From assembly GCA_964473825.1 (NCBI GenBank), contig CAYYQL010000020.1:1-43601 (forward strand): DNA of 43,601 nt, given 5' to 3'. Below are positions 36,401 to 43,601 of the stretch, in pieces (position 1 is the first letter of the stretch; each line of letters begins with the position of its first letter). A program made the translations under genes and the position numbers. The stretch comes from an uncultured archaeon. Its GTDB lineage: Archaea; Asgardarchaeota; Thorarchaeia; Thorarchaeales; Thorarchaeaceae. Under the pieces are notes generated by a model. It was not told where the DNA came from. It saw only the letters and a list, made by a program, of their open reading frames with translations, and searched no databases.

Positions 36401-39400
36401 CCACTCCCAAGTCGCTCCCGTTTATGGTGACATACCAGTGTGAGCCGTTGTATGTCAGGTGATAGGTAGTACCATCGATGGTGACATTGACCATCGTTCC
36501 AGTTTCGGGTACGTCGCCCGAGCTGTAGGTGTAATCAACAGTCAGGTTGAAGGAGTCTGTGAACTCGATGGTCAGGTTTGCAGGTGTCCACGTCACGTCG
36601 AGCGTGGTAGGCTCAGGAATGATATCTAGAGTGATGCTTGAATCATATGCAATGGCGTAGCCGTACTTGCTCAGATTAACGGCTATCTCGAAGCGACCAA
36701 GGTCCAGAGAGTTGTTGAATGTGAACCAGTACGTTCCATTGTCGCCTTGGAGTTCGTATTCTGTTCCATTGATGAAGACCTGTTTGGTCTCTGCTGACTC
36801 AATCAAAACACCATTCGAGTCTGTGTAGTTGATTTCCAAAGTTATGCTATCTGTCCAGTGTATGGTATTGGTCTTCCAGTTGAACGTGAGTTCGGTTGGT
36901 TCCTCTCTGATGGTCAAGCTTGTGGATTGGCTCTTGTCCTGGTAGCCGAATTTCCATGCCTGAATTTCAACAACATGATTGCCGAATCCGGGGGGGTCAT
37001 CAGTGCCCTGGAACGTGTAGTTGTAGCGTTCACTAGCTGCGTCCCATGTCAGATTCCAGGTGTCTGCTCCGATGGTGACATTGACCCAGGCATCCTCGAT
37101 TGCCGTGCCATTTGCGAGAGTATAGTTCACCCACAGTATTGTACTCTCGATATAGGTGATATTGAACGATTCCAGCCAGTCATAGTCGAGTGATGTTGTG
37201 GCGAGACTGATGGTCAGCGTCTGAGTCGAGTTAGTCTGCTCCTCGTGACCTAGCTCCCACGCATAGATCGTGAGGTCGGTGCTGCCGATGCCAGGTGGGT
37301 CGTCAATCCCTTTGAACGTATGGTTGTAGCGTCCACTAATTGCGTCATACGTCAGGTTCCACCAATTCGTTCCATCTGTCACATTAAGTGTGGCACCATC
37401 GACTGGAGTGCCGTTGACATAGTAATAGCCCACGGAGAGCGTTGTGTGTTCGAGATACTCTATGGTATCAGTATTCGACCAGATGATGTCCAATGACTGA
37501 GTCTCATAAATCAGGGTCACAGGAATGTTGATGGTCTGGTTCTCAAGAGCAAATCCCTCTGCGACCACATAGACGTCGTAAGTACCGTCACTCTTTCCAG
37601 CGGTGGATACTGTGGCCGTCCATGTACCATTACCATGGTCGAGCAATGGACTCTCATCACCATCGAAATACCACGTCACAGAGGCACCATCACCCCCCGT
37701 CAGTCCCTGTGGTGTGAACGTATCATTGAAGTACACACTGATGTCAAAATTATCATCGGTGAAGGCATCAATAGAGCTCTCGGCTGGAGTCAGGGTTGTC
37801 GGATAAAATACAACAAGTTCGACTGAGAGATATCCGGACTCTGTACCATTGGACCAAAACACGTCTAATGTATACAGACCGTTATTGGACGTTGATTCCG
37901 AGATATCCCAGTGAAAGCTTGCTTCATCATCCGCCGTCGCATTCAATGCGGTATAAACAGAGACAGCCTGGTGATAGATGGTCAGGTTTGCATTTCCATC
38001 AGACACAGTATCAATAAGAGTACTATTTATGAACAGTGTCTTGGTGATGTCAATATTTTCAAGTATTGTCTCCTCGGATACTGAGTCGCTCATATCAATC
38101 GCAGTGACATAGTTCGGAGCAGTGCTGGTCATAGTCCACGTTCCATTCGTCATATCCGAACAGAACACGGTTGTAGAGGAGGCCGAATAGTGCTCATAGC
38201 TCTCTGTACTCGTCCCGTTGTAGAGGCCTGTCACGGTCCAATCGGGCATCTTGGACAGGACGGCCATCTGCTCTATAACACCCGTTTGCACTGAGGGATA
38301 CTCTAAGGTCACTGTCTGGTTCCATAGAATGTCCTGTCCGGGCTCGGGGGCATCCCATAGTGTAGTGGCTGTCACAGACTTAGAATAACGGAGAGTCATA
38401 TTGTGTAACATATAGACCGACTGGTTCGAGTCGAAGTGAAGAAGGGTGATGTTACTGCCAGGGGTCTCAAAGGAAGCCCTGTTCCCACTGATAGGTGTCT
38501 GGTTCGCTCTCAGAGAGACCTCAGAAGCATTGAACAGGAGCGGGCTGTTGGAGGTCTGGTTCCAAGGGATGTAGGTGTAATTAAGCAATGCCTCGCGAGC
38601 AAAATAATTCCAATTTGGTGACATATACTTGTATGAATTAAAGTCGCCATCTACGCTTTCAGCACGCCACTCTATCTCGGGAAATCTCTCTTCGTGTTCT
38701 ATGAGTTGTCTTCCATCTATGATGAGATAGTAGGTATCATCGGCAGTAAGATTAACCCGGATGTTCTCGGTATGCCAAGTACCCGAAATATAAGCTGGAA
38801 CAGTAGAATAGCTTGTCACGTTCGATGTGTCGTTGTTGTATGCTCTTCTGATGACAAAGTATGCGTAGTTGTTGTAAACAGGGTCATAACGTGCAGTGCT
38901 GTAGTAAAGGGAATAATTCTGAAGCGAGCCATTGTAAGGCTGGTCATAGAAGCCCTGGGCAAGCTGTGTCCAATAAGACCCACCGGTCTCCTCTATCTTG
39001 AAGTCCCATGTCTGTCCATTGACACCCACCGTCTCTCTCTCGGGTGCGGCCACCAATGACTCGATATCTATGGTGACATTGTAGAGCGTCCACCCCGGAA
39101 TCTGATAGTCTGAGAGGTCGATGGTGGCGTTATGCTCATCTGGGCTACCATAGGTGTTGAGGATGGACAGATTTCCTCCCGAGAAGGCCCTTGACATGAT
39201 TGCGGTGGTTGTGAGATCGCTCCCAGTACCCCCGTAATCGGACTCGATGAAGGGAGAGTGTTCTCTTCCCATGATGTCTCTACTCTGCGCCGGATTGCCC
39301 ACTCCCCTACCATCAAACGGTGATATCTGTGGGATGGTCGGAATGAAGAGCAGAATCACGAACAGCAGAACAACACTGGTCTTCAAGGTTTCTCGCCTCA

Positions 39401-39401
39401 T
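33474..39401 (-). CDS. Giant single-pass surface protein: signal peptide, tandem Ig-like repeats, TM, cytoplasmic longin-like domain, winged-helix-like segment, acidic tail
   Basis: 1975 aa; many ~100-aa repeats ending in G(Y/F)(E/Q); abundant N-x-S/T; TM GLYMVLVIAILGVVAGAY; LRHFMAVYLDRGTCVFY..PDLISGFIAAITS..EIQY..LRERLQFFVEMFE. Confidence 0.9.
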   Translation of the reverse strand: MRRETLKTSVVLLFVILLFIPTIPQISPFDGRGVGNPAQSRDIMGREHSPFIESDYGGTGSDLTTTAIMSRAFSGGNLSILNTYGSPDEHNATIDLSDYQIPGWTLYNVTIDIESLVAAPERETVGVNGQTWDFKIEETGGSYWTQLAQGFYDQPYNGSLQNYSLYYSTARYDPVYNNYAYFVIRRAYNNDTSNVTSYSTVPAYISGTWHTENIRVNLTADDTYYLIIDGRQLIEHEERFPEIEWRAESVDGDFNSYKYMSPNWNYFAREALLNYTYIPWNQTSNSPLLFNASEVSLRANQTPISGNRASFETPGSNITLLHFDSNQSVYMLHNMTLRYSKSVTATTLWDAPEPGQDILWNQTVTLEYPSVQTGVIEQMAVLSKMPDWTVTGLYNGTSTESYEHYSASSTTVFCSDMTNGTWTMTSTAPNYVTAIDMSDSVSEETILENIDITKTLFINSTLIDTVSDGNANLTIYHQAVSVYTALNATADDEASFHWDISESTSNNGLYTLDVFWSNGTESGYLSVELVVFYPTTLTPAESSIDAFTDDNFDISVYFNDTFTPQGLTGGDGASVTWYFDGDESPLLDHGNGTWTATVSTAGKSDGTYDVYVVAEGFALENQTINIPVTLIYETQSLDIIWSNTDTIEYLEHTTLSVGYYYVNGTPVDGATLNVTDGTNWWNLTYDAISGRYNHTFKGIDDPPGIGSTDLTIYAWELGHEEQTNSTQTLTISLATTSLDYDWLESFNITYIESTILWVNYTLANGTAIEDAWVNVTIGADTWNLTWDAASERYNYTFQGTDDPPGFGNHVVEIQAWKFGYQDKSQSTSLTIREEPTELTFNWKTNTIHWTDSITLEINYTDSNGVLIESAETKQVFINGTEYELQGDNGTYWFTFNNSLDLGRFEIAVNLSKYGYAIAYDSSITLDIIPEPTTLDVTWTPANLTIEFTDSFNLTVDYTYSSGDVPETGTMVNVTIDGTTYHLTYNGSHWYVTINGSDLGVGNYTATILADCYGYEDALDVTAELNVTPSPNMFDVQYEPSDYIMTYAETLNITVYYLYEGEPVENATVRLYVNSSRIYDLILGMDENWHISLAASDIGLGSWNLTILANSSGYDTGREEVLLEVQVDTPVLTPSWSEHDLYYTHETEFTVTLVDSLGNPILDAEVNATYRSQNYTLTHEGLGAYTLQFDGSDGLGSFTIAIRSWVYGFENLTDSVLLNIIETPLLDPTIEEIYYGFNGSVFVELFYDGEYYVSVDILDVDSKPVNTLTVNVTIDGEIYPLVSVGGGSYSTTIAGSAIGVGSFAVLLQGDVYGYESFSETLNFDVIPVPTQIQFTEEAPSVMFLNDTFDLILNFTDGHTGDLITAGEIMASFANPVTLRIISEGVYSFEISTFSLPLTSHLLNITFLKTNYTSISYSATITVRAVHTALTGNTEYFEWENETMVFAVQFHDLDHDVPVHWASVRVSFSSIELNMSHAGEGIYEVEYRVLLAPNTYDLTFTAEAVGCGSQTLSAQLEVRAKTNLYFVFDLPESVAEGSSFSVGATLLVAGTDEPFDGVPVKFYVHVILDDDTELVEELNAVTNLQGYASQAFTVPSNAVNVTVVAVFQGTRQVWSVEEQSGTIPVTPGVITQFIEFLTRPPGLYMVLVIAILGVVAGAYNKIHKPRKAHEKRVLQRQLNAFHDLQTLRHFMAVYLDRGTCVFYHPFTDTRIQPDLISGFIAAITSVYGEIKGDGVSGTLEEIQYQGLWLNSYSSQYVIGILILEGETSPFLRERLQFFVEMFENQYESHLTDWKGAVDCFDPEWVIGNLNETFNYNWMLPHIIVEREKARGFESEILKVLSERLDEKDEFRIADVLEPAAKETGKTEAEILDVLLEMQEKGLIRPISIHTVLQRQGLGILGEEEGEIEMIGGEEAVESVEEEPAPVSETPSDMRAEEPSEQDEDASDEKEPEKDEDEAEKFIKDVEALMSPETDDND

Positions 39402-39429
39402 GGGGCATCATGTCATGGCCTTTCAATGG

Positions 39430-39479
39430 ATGTCGCCCAGAGAAGACGCGTAAACGCTCTTCTGCAGGGGGCGCACGTC
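39430..39479 (-). promoter_or_regulatory. Long hairpin immediately upstream of the giant gene
   Basis: CGCCC..AGAAGA-c-GCG-taaa-CGC-TCTTCT..GGGCG nested stems. Confidence 0.45.
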
Positions 39480-39573
39480 TGGACAGCTATTCCGACTGAT
39501 AAATACGTATCTCTGGACGGTCTTTCAATGTATTGGTGATTGACACTTTCGATATTTCGGTAGTCGTCCGATG

Positions 39574-40092
39574 TTATGTGTAGTAGGAAGGTCCACTATC
39601 GGTCTCTTGTTGAATGGTTCCTGGCATCTTCCCCGTGATGTCGTTGAGAATGTGTATCACCATATCAACCGTACTGTGGACCCTTCTCATCAACCTCCAG
39701 AGGCGGTCTTCGCTGAACGCATCATCATAGACTCTATCGGAGACCACAAAACCTGGCCCGGGAGGCTTCTTCCCCTGCTGTTGGTCGGGCCGAGGCTGAA
39801 TGAAACCAAGGTCCACATCCTGAGAGAAGCTGTAACGCATGGCCTTGATTTGAAACTCTTTCATCTTCTCTGCATTGAGGAGCTTGAGATGCTGGGGTGA
39901 TATCATGACCTGCGATTCAACTTGGATGAAGGGTTGATCGTTGGGACGGACTACGCTGAAGAAGAAGCGCTTAAACTTGACTTTGAAGAGGAATTCTGCC
40001 CTGGGATTTGATATCGTTTCAACCTTACTTCCCTCCCGTGAGAACCACTCTTTGATCTTCTCCCTGATTTCGTCGGTTGTTCCATCCGCCAT
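39574..40092 (-). CDS. Hypothetical protein (DUF2299-like)
   Basis: IKEWFSREG..AEF..ISPQH..RVYDDAFSEDRL pattern; family call tentative. Confidence 0.72.
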   Translation of the reverse strand: MADGTTDEIREKIKEWFSREGSKVETISNPRAEFLFKVKFKRFFFSVVRPNDQPFIQVESQVMISPQHLKLLNAEKMKEFQIKAMRYSFSQDVDLGFIQPRPDQQQGKKPPGPGFVVSDRVYDDAFSEDRLWRLMRRVHSTVDMVIHILNDITGKMPGTIQQETDSGPSYYT

Positions 40093-40154
40093 GTGCGCCT
40101 TCTCCAAGATGGGCTAAGAAGACCCTCCCATCACTTAATGCTTGTGCTATGTGG

Positions 40155-40961
40155 TTAAGCCTTGAATCGCTCGATGGTGTCGTAGCCGGATGGCGCAATA
40201 TCAGCATAGCAGGTTATCTGTTCCCTGACCGACTTGATCATCTCTGTATCTGATGTGTTCACAATGACCCGTTCCTCAGAGTTCAAGTGATTCAGCCTCA
40301 CACCCCATGGGTCGATGACTTGGCTGTGACCGAAATAGGTCTTGCCGTCAAAACCAAATCCGATGCGATTGGCGGCCGCCACAAATAGCTGATTCTCGAT
40401 GGCTCTCCCCAGCAGCAGAGCGTTCCAGTGTGCATTTCTCGGATCTGGAAAAGCAGCGGGAATTACGATCAACTCTGTTCCTTCCAATGCCAGTCTCCTC
40501 GTTACCTCGGGGAATCGGATGTCATAGCAGACCTCCAGCCCAACAACCATCTTTCCGAGGTCAAGCAGAGCTAGACTCTCTCCTCCCTTGAAGACATCCC
40601 TCTCCTCCTGAAACGGATGCATCTTGCGGTATTGCGCCACGATCTTGCCGTTGGGGGCTGCAACTACAAGCGTGTTATAGAACATCTCATGCTCTGTTCC
40701 TTCGATTCCTGTGCCTATGACGAATGCACTGTGTTCTTCTGCCAAGTCAGTGAGAAAATCAACTGTCCGACCTGGGATGCCCGGCCCCAGCTGAGAGTAG
40801 TCTGTAGGTCTGAACCCTATGGCAAATAGCTCTGGAAGAATGATGAATTCCAACGCGGCATTTGTCCTTCGTTCACGTAGCAGCCGTCTTGCTCTCGCGA
40901 AGTTACCGTCACGGTCACCATCTTTGCAGGGCATCTGGACAAGAGTTGTTGCAAACTCCAT
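40155..40961 (-). CDS. Carbon-nitrogen hydrolase (nitrilase superfamily, omega-amidase-like)
   Basis: Glu-Lys-Cys triad: LPELF, YRKMHPF, VCYDIRFPE; RAIENQ, GHSQVIDPWG. Confidence 0.94.
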   Translation of the reverse strand: MEFATTLVQMPCKDGDRDGNFARARRLLRERRTNAALEFIILPELFAIGFRPTDYSQLGPGIPGRTVDFLTDLAEEHSAFVIGTGIEGTEHEMFYNTLVVAAPNGKIVAQYRKMHPFQEERDVFKGGESLALLDLGKMVVGLEVCYDIRFPEVTRRLALEGTELIVIPAAFPDPRNAHWNALLLGRAIENQLFVAAANRIGFGFDGKTYFGHSQVIDPWGVRLNHLNSEERVIVNTSDTEMIKSVREQITCYADIAPSGYDTIERFKA

Positions 40962-41128
40962 AGTCACTCCTCGGTTGCGTCTAAAGGGATGTGGGTACTT
41001 ACTGGCTCTTAAGGCTTCATCAAGTAGTGCAGCATCTTTCAGCGGTTTCTTTCAAGTGTCAGATGATAATCCTTAATATGTTCGAAGCGGGCTCAAGAAT
41101 CGTAAGGGCTCTTACGGAAGTGTGACTA

Positions 41129-41434
41129 GTGGTCAACGAAGTCGATATTGAGCCGGATAAAAGGGCTGATATGCCGAAGACTCCCTATTCTAAACCAGTA
41201 GAGGGTTCCATGGGGAAGACCGGCAGTTGGCGGACCTTCAATCCTGAGATTGATTATGATGAGTGTAGTCGATGCAGGACCTGTTGGCTCCATTGCCCTG
41301 AAGCGGTCATAACACTTGATGAAGACGGAACACCGCACATCGACTTGGAGTACTGCAAGGGCTGCGGCATCTGCGCCCAGGTATGTCCGAAGAAGTGCAT
41401 AACAATGGTTCGGCGCAAGCTGCTGGAGGACTAG
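41129..41434 (+). CDS. porD: 2-oxoacid (pyruvate/ketoisovalerate):ferredoxin oxidoreductase delta subunit
   Basis: KTGSWRT, CSRCRTCWLHCPE, YCKGCGICAQVCP. Confidence 0.94.
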   Translation: MVNEVDIEPDKRADMPKTPYSKPVEGSMGKTGSWRTFNPEIDYDECSRCRTCWLHCPEAVITLDEDGTPHIDLEYCKGCGICAQVCPKKCITMVRRKLLED

Positions 41435-41436
41435 AA

Positions 41437-42618
41437 GTGCAAACGAAGATAATGAGTGCGAACTATGCGGCTGCGCGGGCAGTGATGTCCGCTCGTGTGG
41501 AGGTTGTTGCTGCATACCCCATTACGCCTGCAACCACGATTCCCGAACAGATAGCCTATCTGAACGAGACGGGACAGTGGCCGGGCGAGTTTATCAGGGT
41601 GGAGTCTGAGCACTCTGCGATGTTTGCTTGCATTGGCGCTAGCTCAACAGGAGCTAGAGCATTCACGGCAACAGCATCTAATGGTCTACTCCTCATGGAC
41701 GAGGCTCTTCACTGGGCGGCGGCTGCCAGACTGCCCATAGTTCTTGCGAACATCAACCGTTCGGTTTCCCCATCATGGAATATCCATGCCACTCATGATG
41801 ATGCCTTTTCGAAGCGTGACACTGGATGGATTCAGTTCCATGCAGCCAGCGTTGACGAGTTCTATCATACGATTATTCAGGCGTTCAAACTTGCAGAAGA
41901 CCCACGGGTACTGATGCCAGTAATGGTGAACGCTGACGCCTTTGTTCTAAGCCACACTCTGGCCCCCTACGATTACTTGGAACCAGAAGAAGTGGACCGA
42001 TTCCTACCCCCTTACACGCCTTCAGAATGGGTGATGGATCCCGAGAAGCCTGTTTCTCACGGAAACATTGTCTTTCCTGAATACTTCCAGGAGTTTCGCT
42101 ATGGAATGCACAAAGGCGATCTTGCAGCTCTTGAGGTCTACAAGGAGGTCGAACGTGACTACAAGAAGATCTTCGGTAAGGAGCTTAGAGGAACAATCGA
42201 CTGTTACAAGTGCGACGATGCTGATGTTGTATTCACGGCGCAGGGCACTATCGGATCTGAGGCTATTGATGCAGTCAAAGAGCTCCGCGAAGAGGGGTAC
42301 AAGGTCGGAAATGCCCGAGTCAGAATGGTGCGTCCCTTCCCAATCGATGACGTGAGAGAGCTTGCCAAGAAGGTGAAGGCCTTTGCTAGTTTCGACAGGG
42401 CTGTATCTTACGGAATGGGTGGGCCAGTGGCCAATGATATCCGCGCATCACTCTACAATACAGACCTGAGGCCAATGGTCAAGAGCTACATTGGGGGTCT
42501 TGGAGGCAGGGATGTGACAGTGGCCGACATCAAAGAGATTATTCTAGACACAGTCGATGCCGTAGAAAAGGGCGAGATAGGCCCAGAGGAGACCTGGCAC
42601 GACCTCATGGAGGAATGA
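41437..42618 (+). CDS. porA: 2-oxoacid:ferredoxin oxidoreductase alpha subunit
   Basis: AYPITP, VESEHSA, RAFTATAS, RDTGW, GLGGRD. Confidence 0.95.
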   Translation: MQTKIMSANYAAARAVMSARVEVVAAYPITPATTIPEQIAYLNETGQWPGEFIRVESEHSAMFACIGASSTGARAFTATASNGLLLMDEALHWAAAARLPIVLANINRSVSPSWNIHATHDDAFSKRDTGWIQFHAASVDEFYHTIIQAFKLAEDPRVLMPVMVNADAFVLSHTLAPYDYLEPEEVDRFLPPYTPSEWVMDPEKPVSHGNIVFPEYFQEFRYGMHKGDLAALEVYKEVERDYKKIFGKELRGTIDCYKCDDADVVFTAQGTIGSEAIDAVKELREEGYKVGNARVRMVRPFPIDDVRELAKKVKAFASFDRAVSYGMGGPVANDIRASLYNTDLRPMVKSYIGGLGGRDVTVADIKEIILDTVDAVEKGEIGPEETWHDLMEE

Positions 42619-43526
42619 AAATGGTTGCTACAAAAGATATGCCATTAAAGGAATACATACTGAAGGGCAATGCGGCATGTGCCGGTTGCCAAGACATGGT
42701 CGCTCTGAGACATGCGCACAAAGCGCTTGAGGGTGATGTGATTCAGGTTGTTCCCGCCTGTTGTACAAGTGTGGTCCAGTCATTGTTCCCGAAGTCATGT
42801 ATGGACTTCCCGGTTCTCAACACCGCTTTCCCTGCAGCTGCGGCGACTGCATCTGGAGTTCGTGCTGCATTACATGCAAAAGGCAATGATCACACCACGG
42901 TGATGGTTTGGGCTGGAGACGGTGGAACGTTCGATATCGGTATCCAGGCTCTCAGTGGAGCGCTGGAGAGACGCACTGATTTCCTCTACGTCTGCTACAA
43001 TAATCAGGTGTACAGTAATACCGGGACACAGCGTTCCGGTGCAACTCCTCTACATGCACAGACCACTACGACCTGGTTTGGAAAGACCGAGCCGGAGAAG
43101 ATGTTGGACCTTGTGGTCGCTGCCCATGAACCTGTCTATCAGGCCACAGCAAACGCTGCATATCCCCGCGATCTCTATGAGAAATTTACCAAGGCCCGAG
43201 AGATTCAGGGTCCGAAGTTCATTCACGTCTTCATTCCGTGCCCACAAGCTTGGAACTACCCCGTGGAGAAGGGTGTCGAGATGGGCAAACTGGCGGTTGA
43301 GACCGGATATTGGATTCAATGGGAACGCGTCGGTGACAAGTTCGAATTGAGCCGCCACAGTAAGCGGTACCAAGACCCAGACAAACGCAAACCAATTGAA
43401 GAGTTCCTGAAACTACAGGGTCGATTCTCAAAGCTCTTCAAGCCAAAGCGCGACGAGAAGAAGATACAAGAGCTTCAGGACTATGTCCAGCATCGCTGGG
43501 ATGTCATTATGCGAACCTTCACGTAG
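42615..43526 (+). CDS. porB: 2-oxoacid:ferredoxin oxidoreductase beta subunit
   Basis: ACAGC, GDGGTFDIG, YSNTGTQRS, PCP; TPP-binding motif. Confidence 0.95.
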   Translation: MKMVATKDMPLKEYILKGNAACAGCQDMVALRHAHKALEGDVIQVVPACCTSVVQSLFPKSCMDFPVLNTAFPAAAATASGVRAALHAKGNDHTTVMVWAGDGGTFDIGIQALSGALERRTDFLYVCYNNQVYSNTGTQRSGATPLHAQTTTTWFGKTEPEKMLDLVVAAHEPVYQATANAAYPRDLYEKFTKAREIQGPKFIHVFIPCPQAWNYPVEKGVEMGKLAVETGYWIQWERVGDKFELSRHSKRYQDPDKRKPIEEFLKLQGRFSKLFKPKRDEKKIQELQDYVQHRWDVIMRTFT

Positions 43527-43601
43527 AATCAGTGCCCGCAATCGGCTGCGCAAGTGTCCGAGAGCCCTGAATCAATATATTGGATTCGGTGACAGACCTC
43601 T

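Noticed and set aside
33481-39453. Numerous plus-strand ORFs inside the giant gene, and similar shadow ORFs elsewhere
   Set aside because: They are antisense or alternate-frame shadows of well-supported genes.
1-43601. tRNA, rRNA, transposase or integrase genes
   Set aside because: None recognised by eye; tRNAscan-SE, Infernal and HMM searches would be needed to exclude them formally.

Overview
The window is archaeal and most consistent with an Asgard (Thorarchaeia-like) genome. That call is an inference from two longin-like domains, a 1975-aa Ig-repeat/TM/longin surface protein, a NosD/Ig surface protein and multiple thiolase-DUF35 pairs. Most of it is housekeeping or metabolic: three thiolases with DUF35 partners, acyl-CoA dehydrogenase, glutamine-dependent NadE, a DRE-TIM synthase, nitroreductase, OsmC, a C-N hydrolase and porDAB. 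The main discovery is a ~7.8 kb accessory region (4623-12431) divided into four cargo blocks by five same-orientation copies of the 3' end of a DUF35-like gene (..CEPVFEWVKTMK*). Some copies diverge largely at synonymous positions. Four are followed by a terminator-like hairpin and pyrimidine tract, and the two outermost share a perfect 18-bp repeat. The cargo is HicAB, a surface protein plus an exported caspase-like protease, MNT-HEPN plus a VapC remnant, and HEPN-MNT plus a HicB remnant and a Zn-ribbon coiled-coil protein. No recombinase is recognisable in the window. This looks like a cassette-stacking hotspot using a protein-coding gene tail as its attachment site. Other notable items are a LarA homolog missing the catalytic residues, a thiolase pair without catalytic Cys/His, a candidate structured RNA at ~20075-20181 and the giant longin-tailed receptor-like protein. 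All family assignments come from reading motifs; no searches were run.
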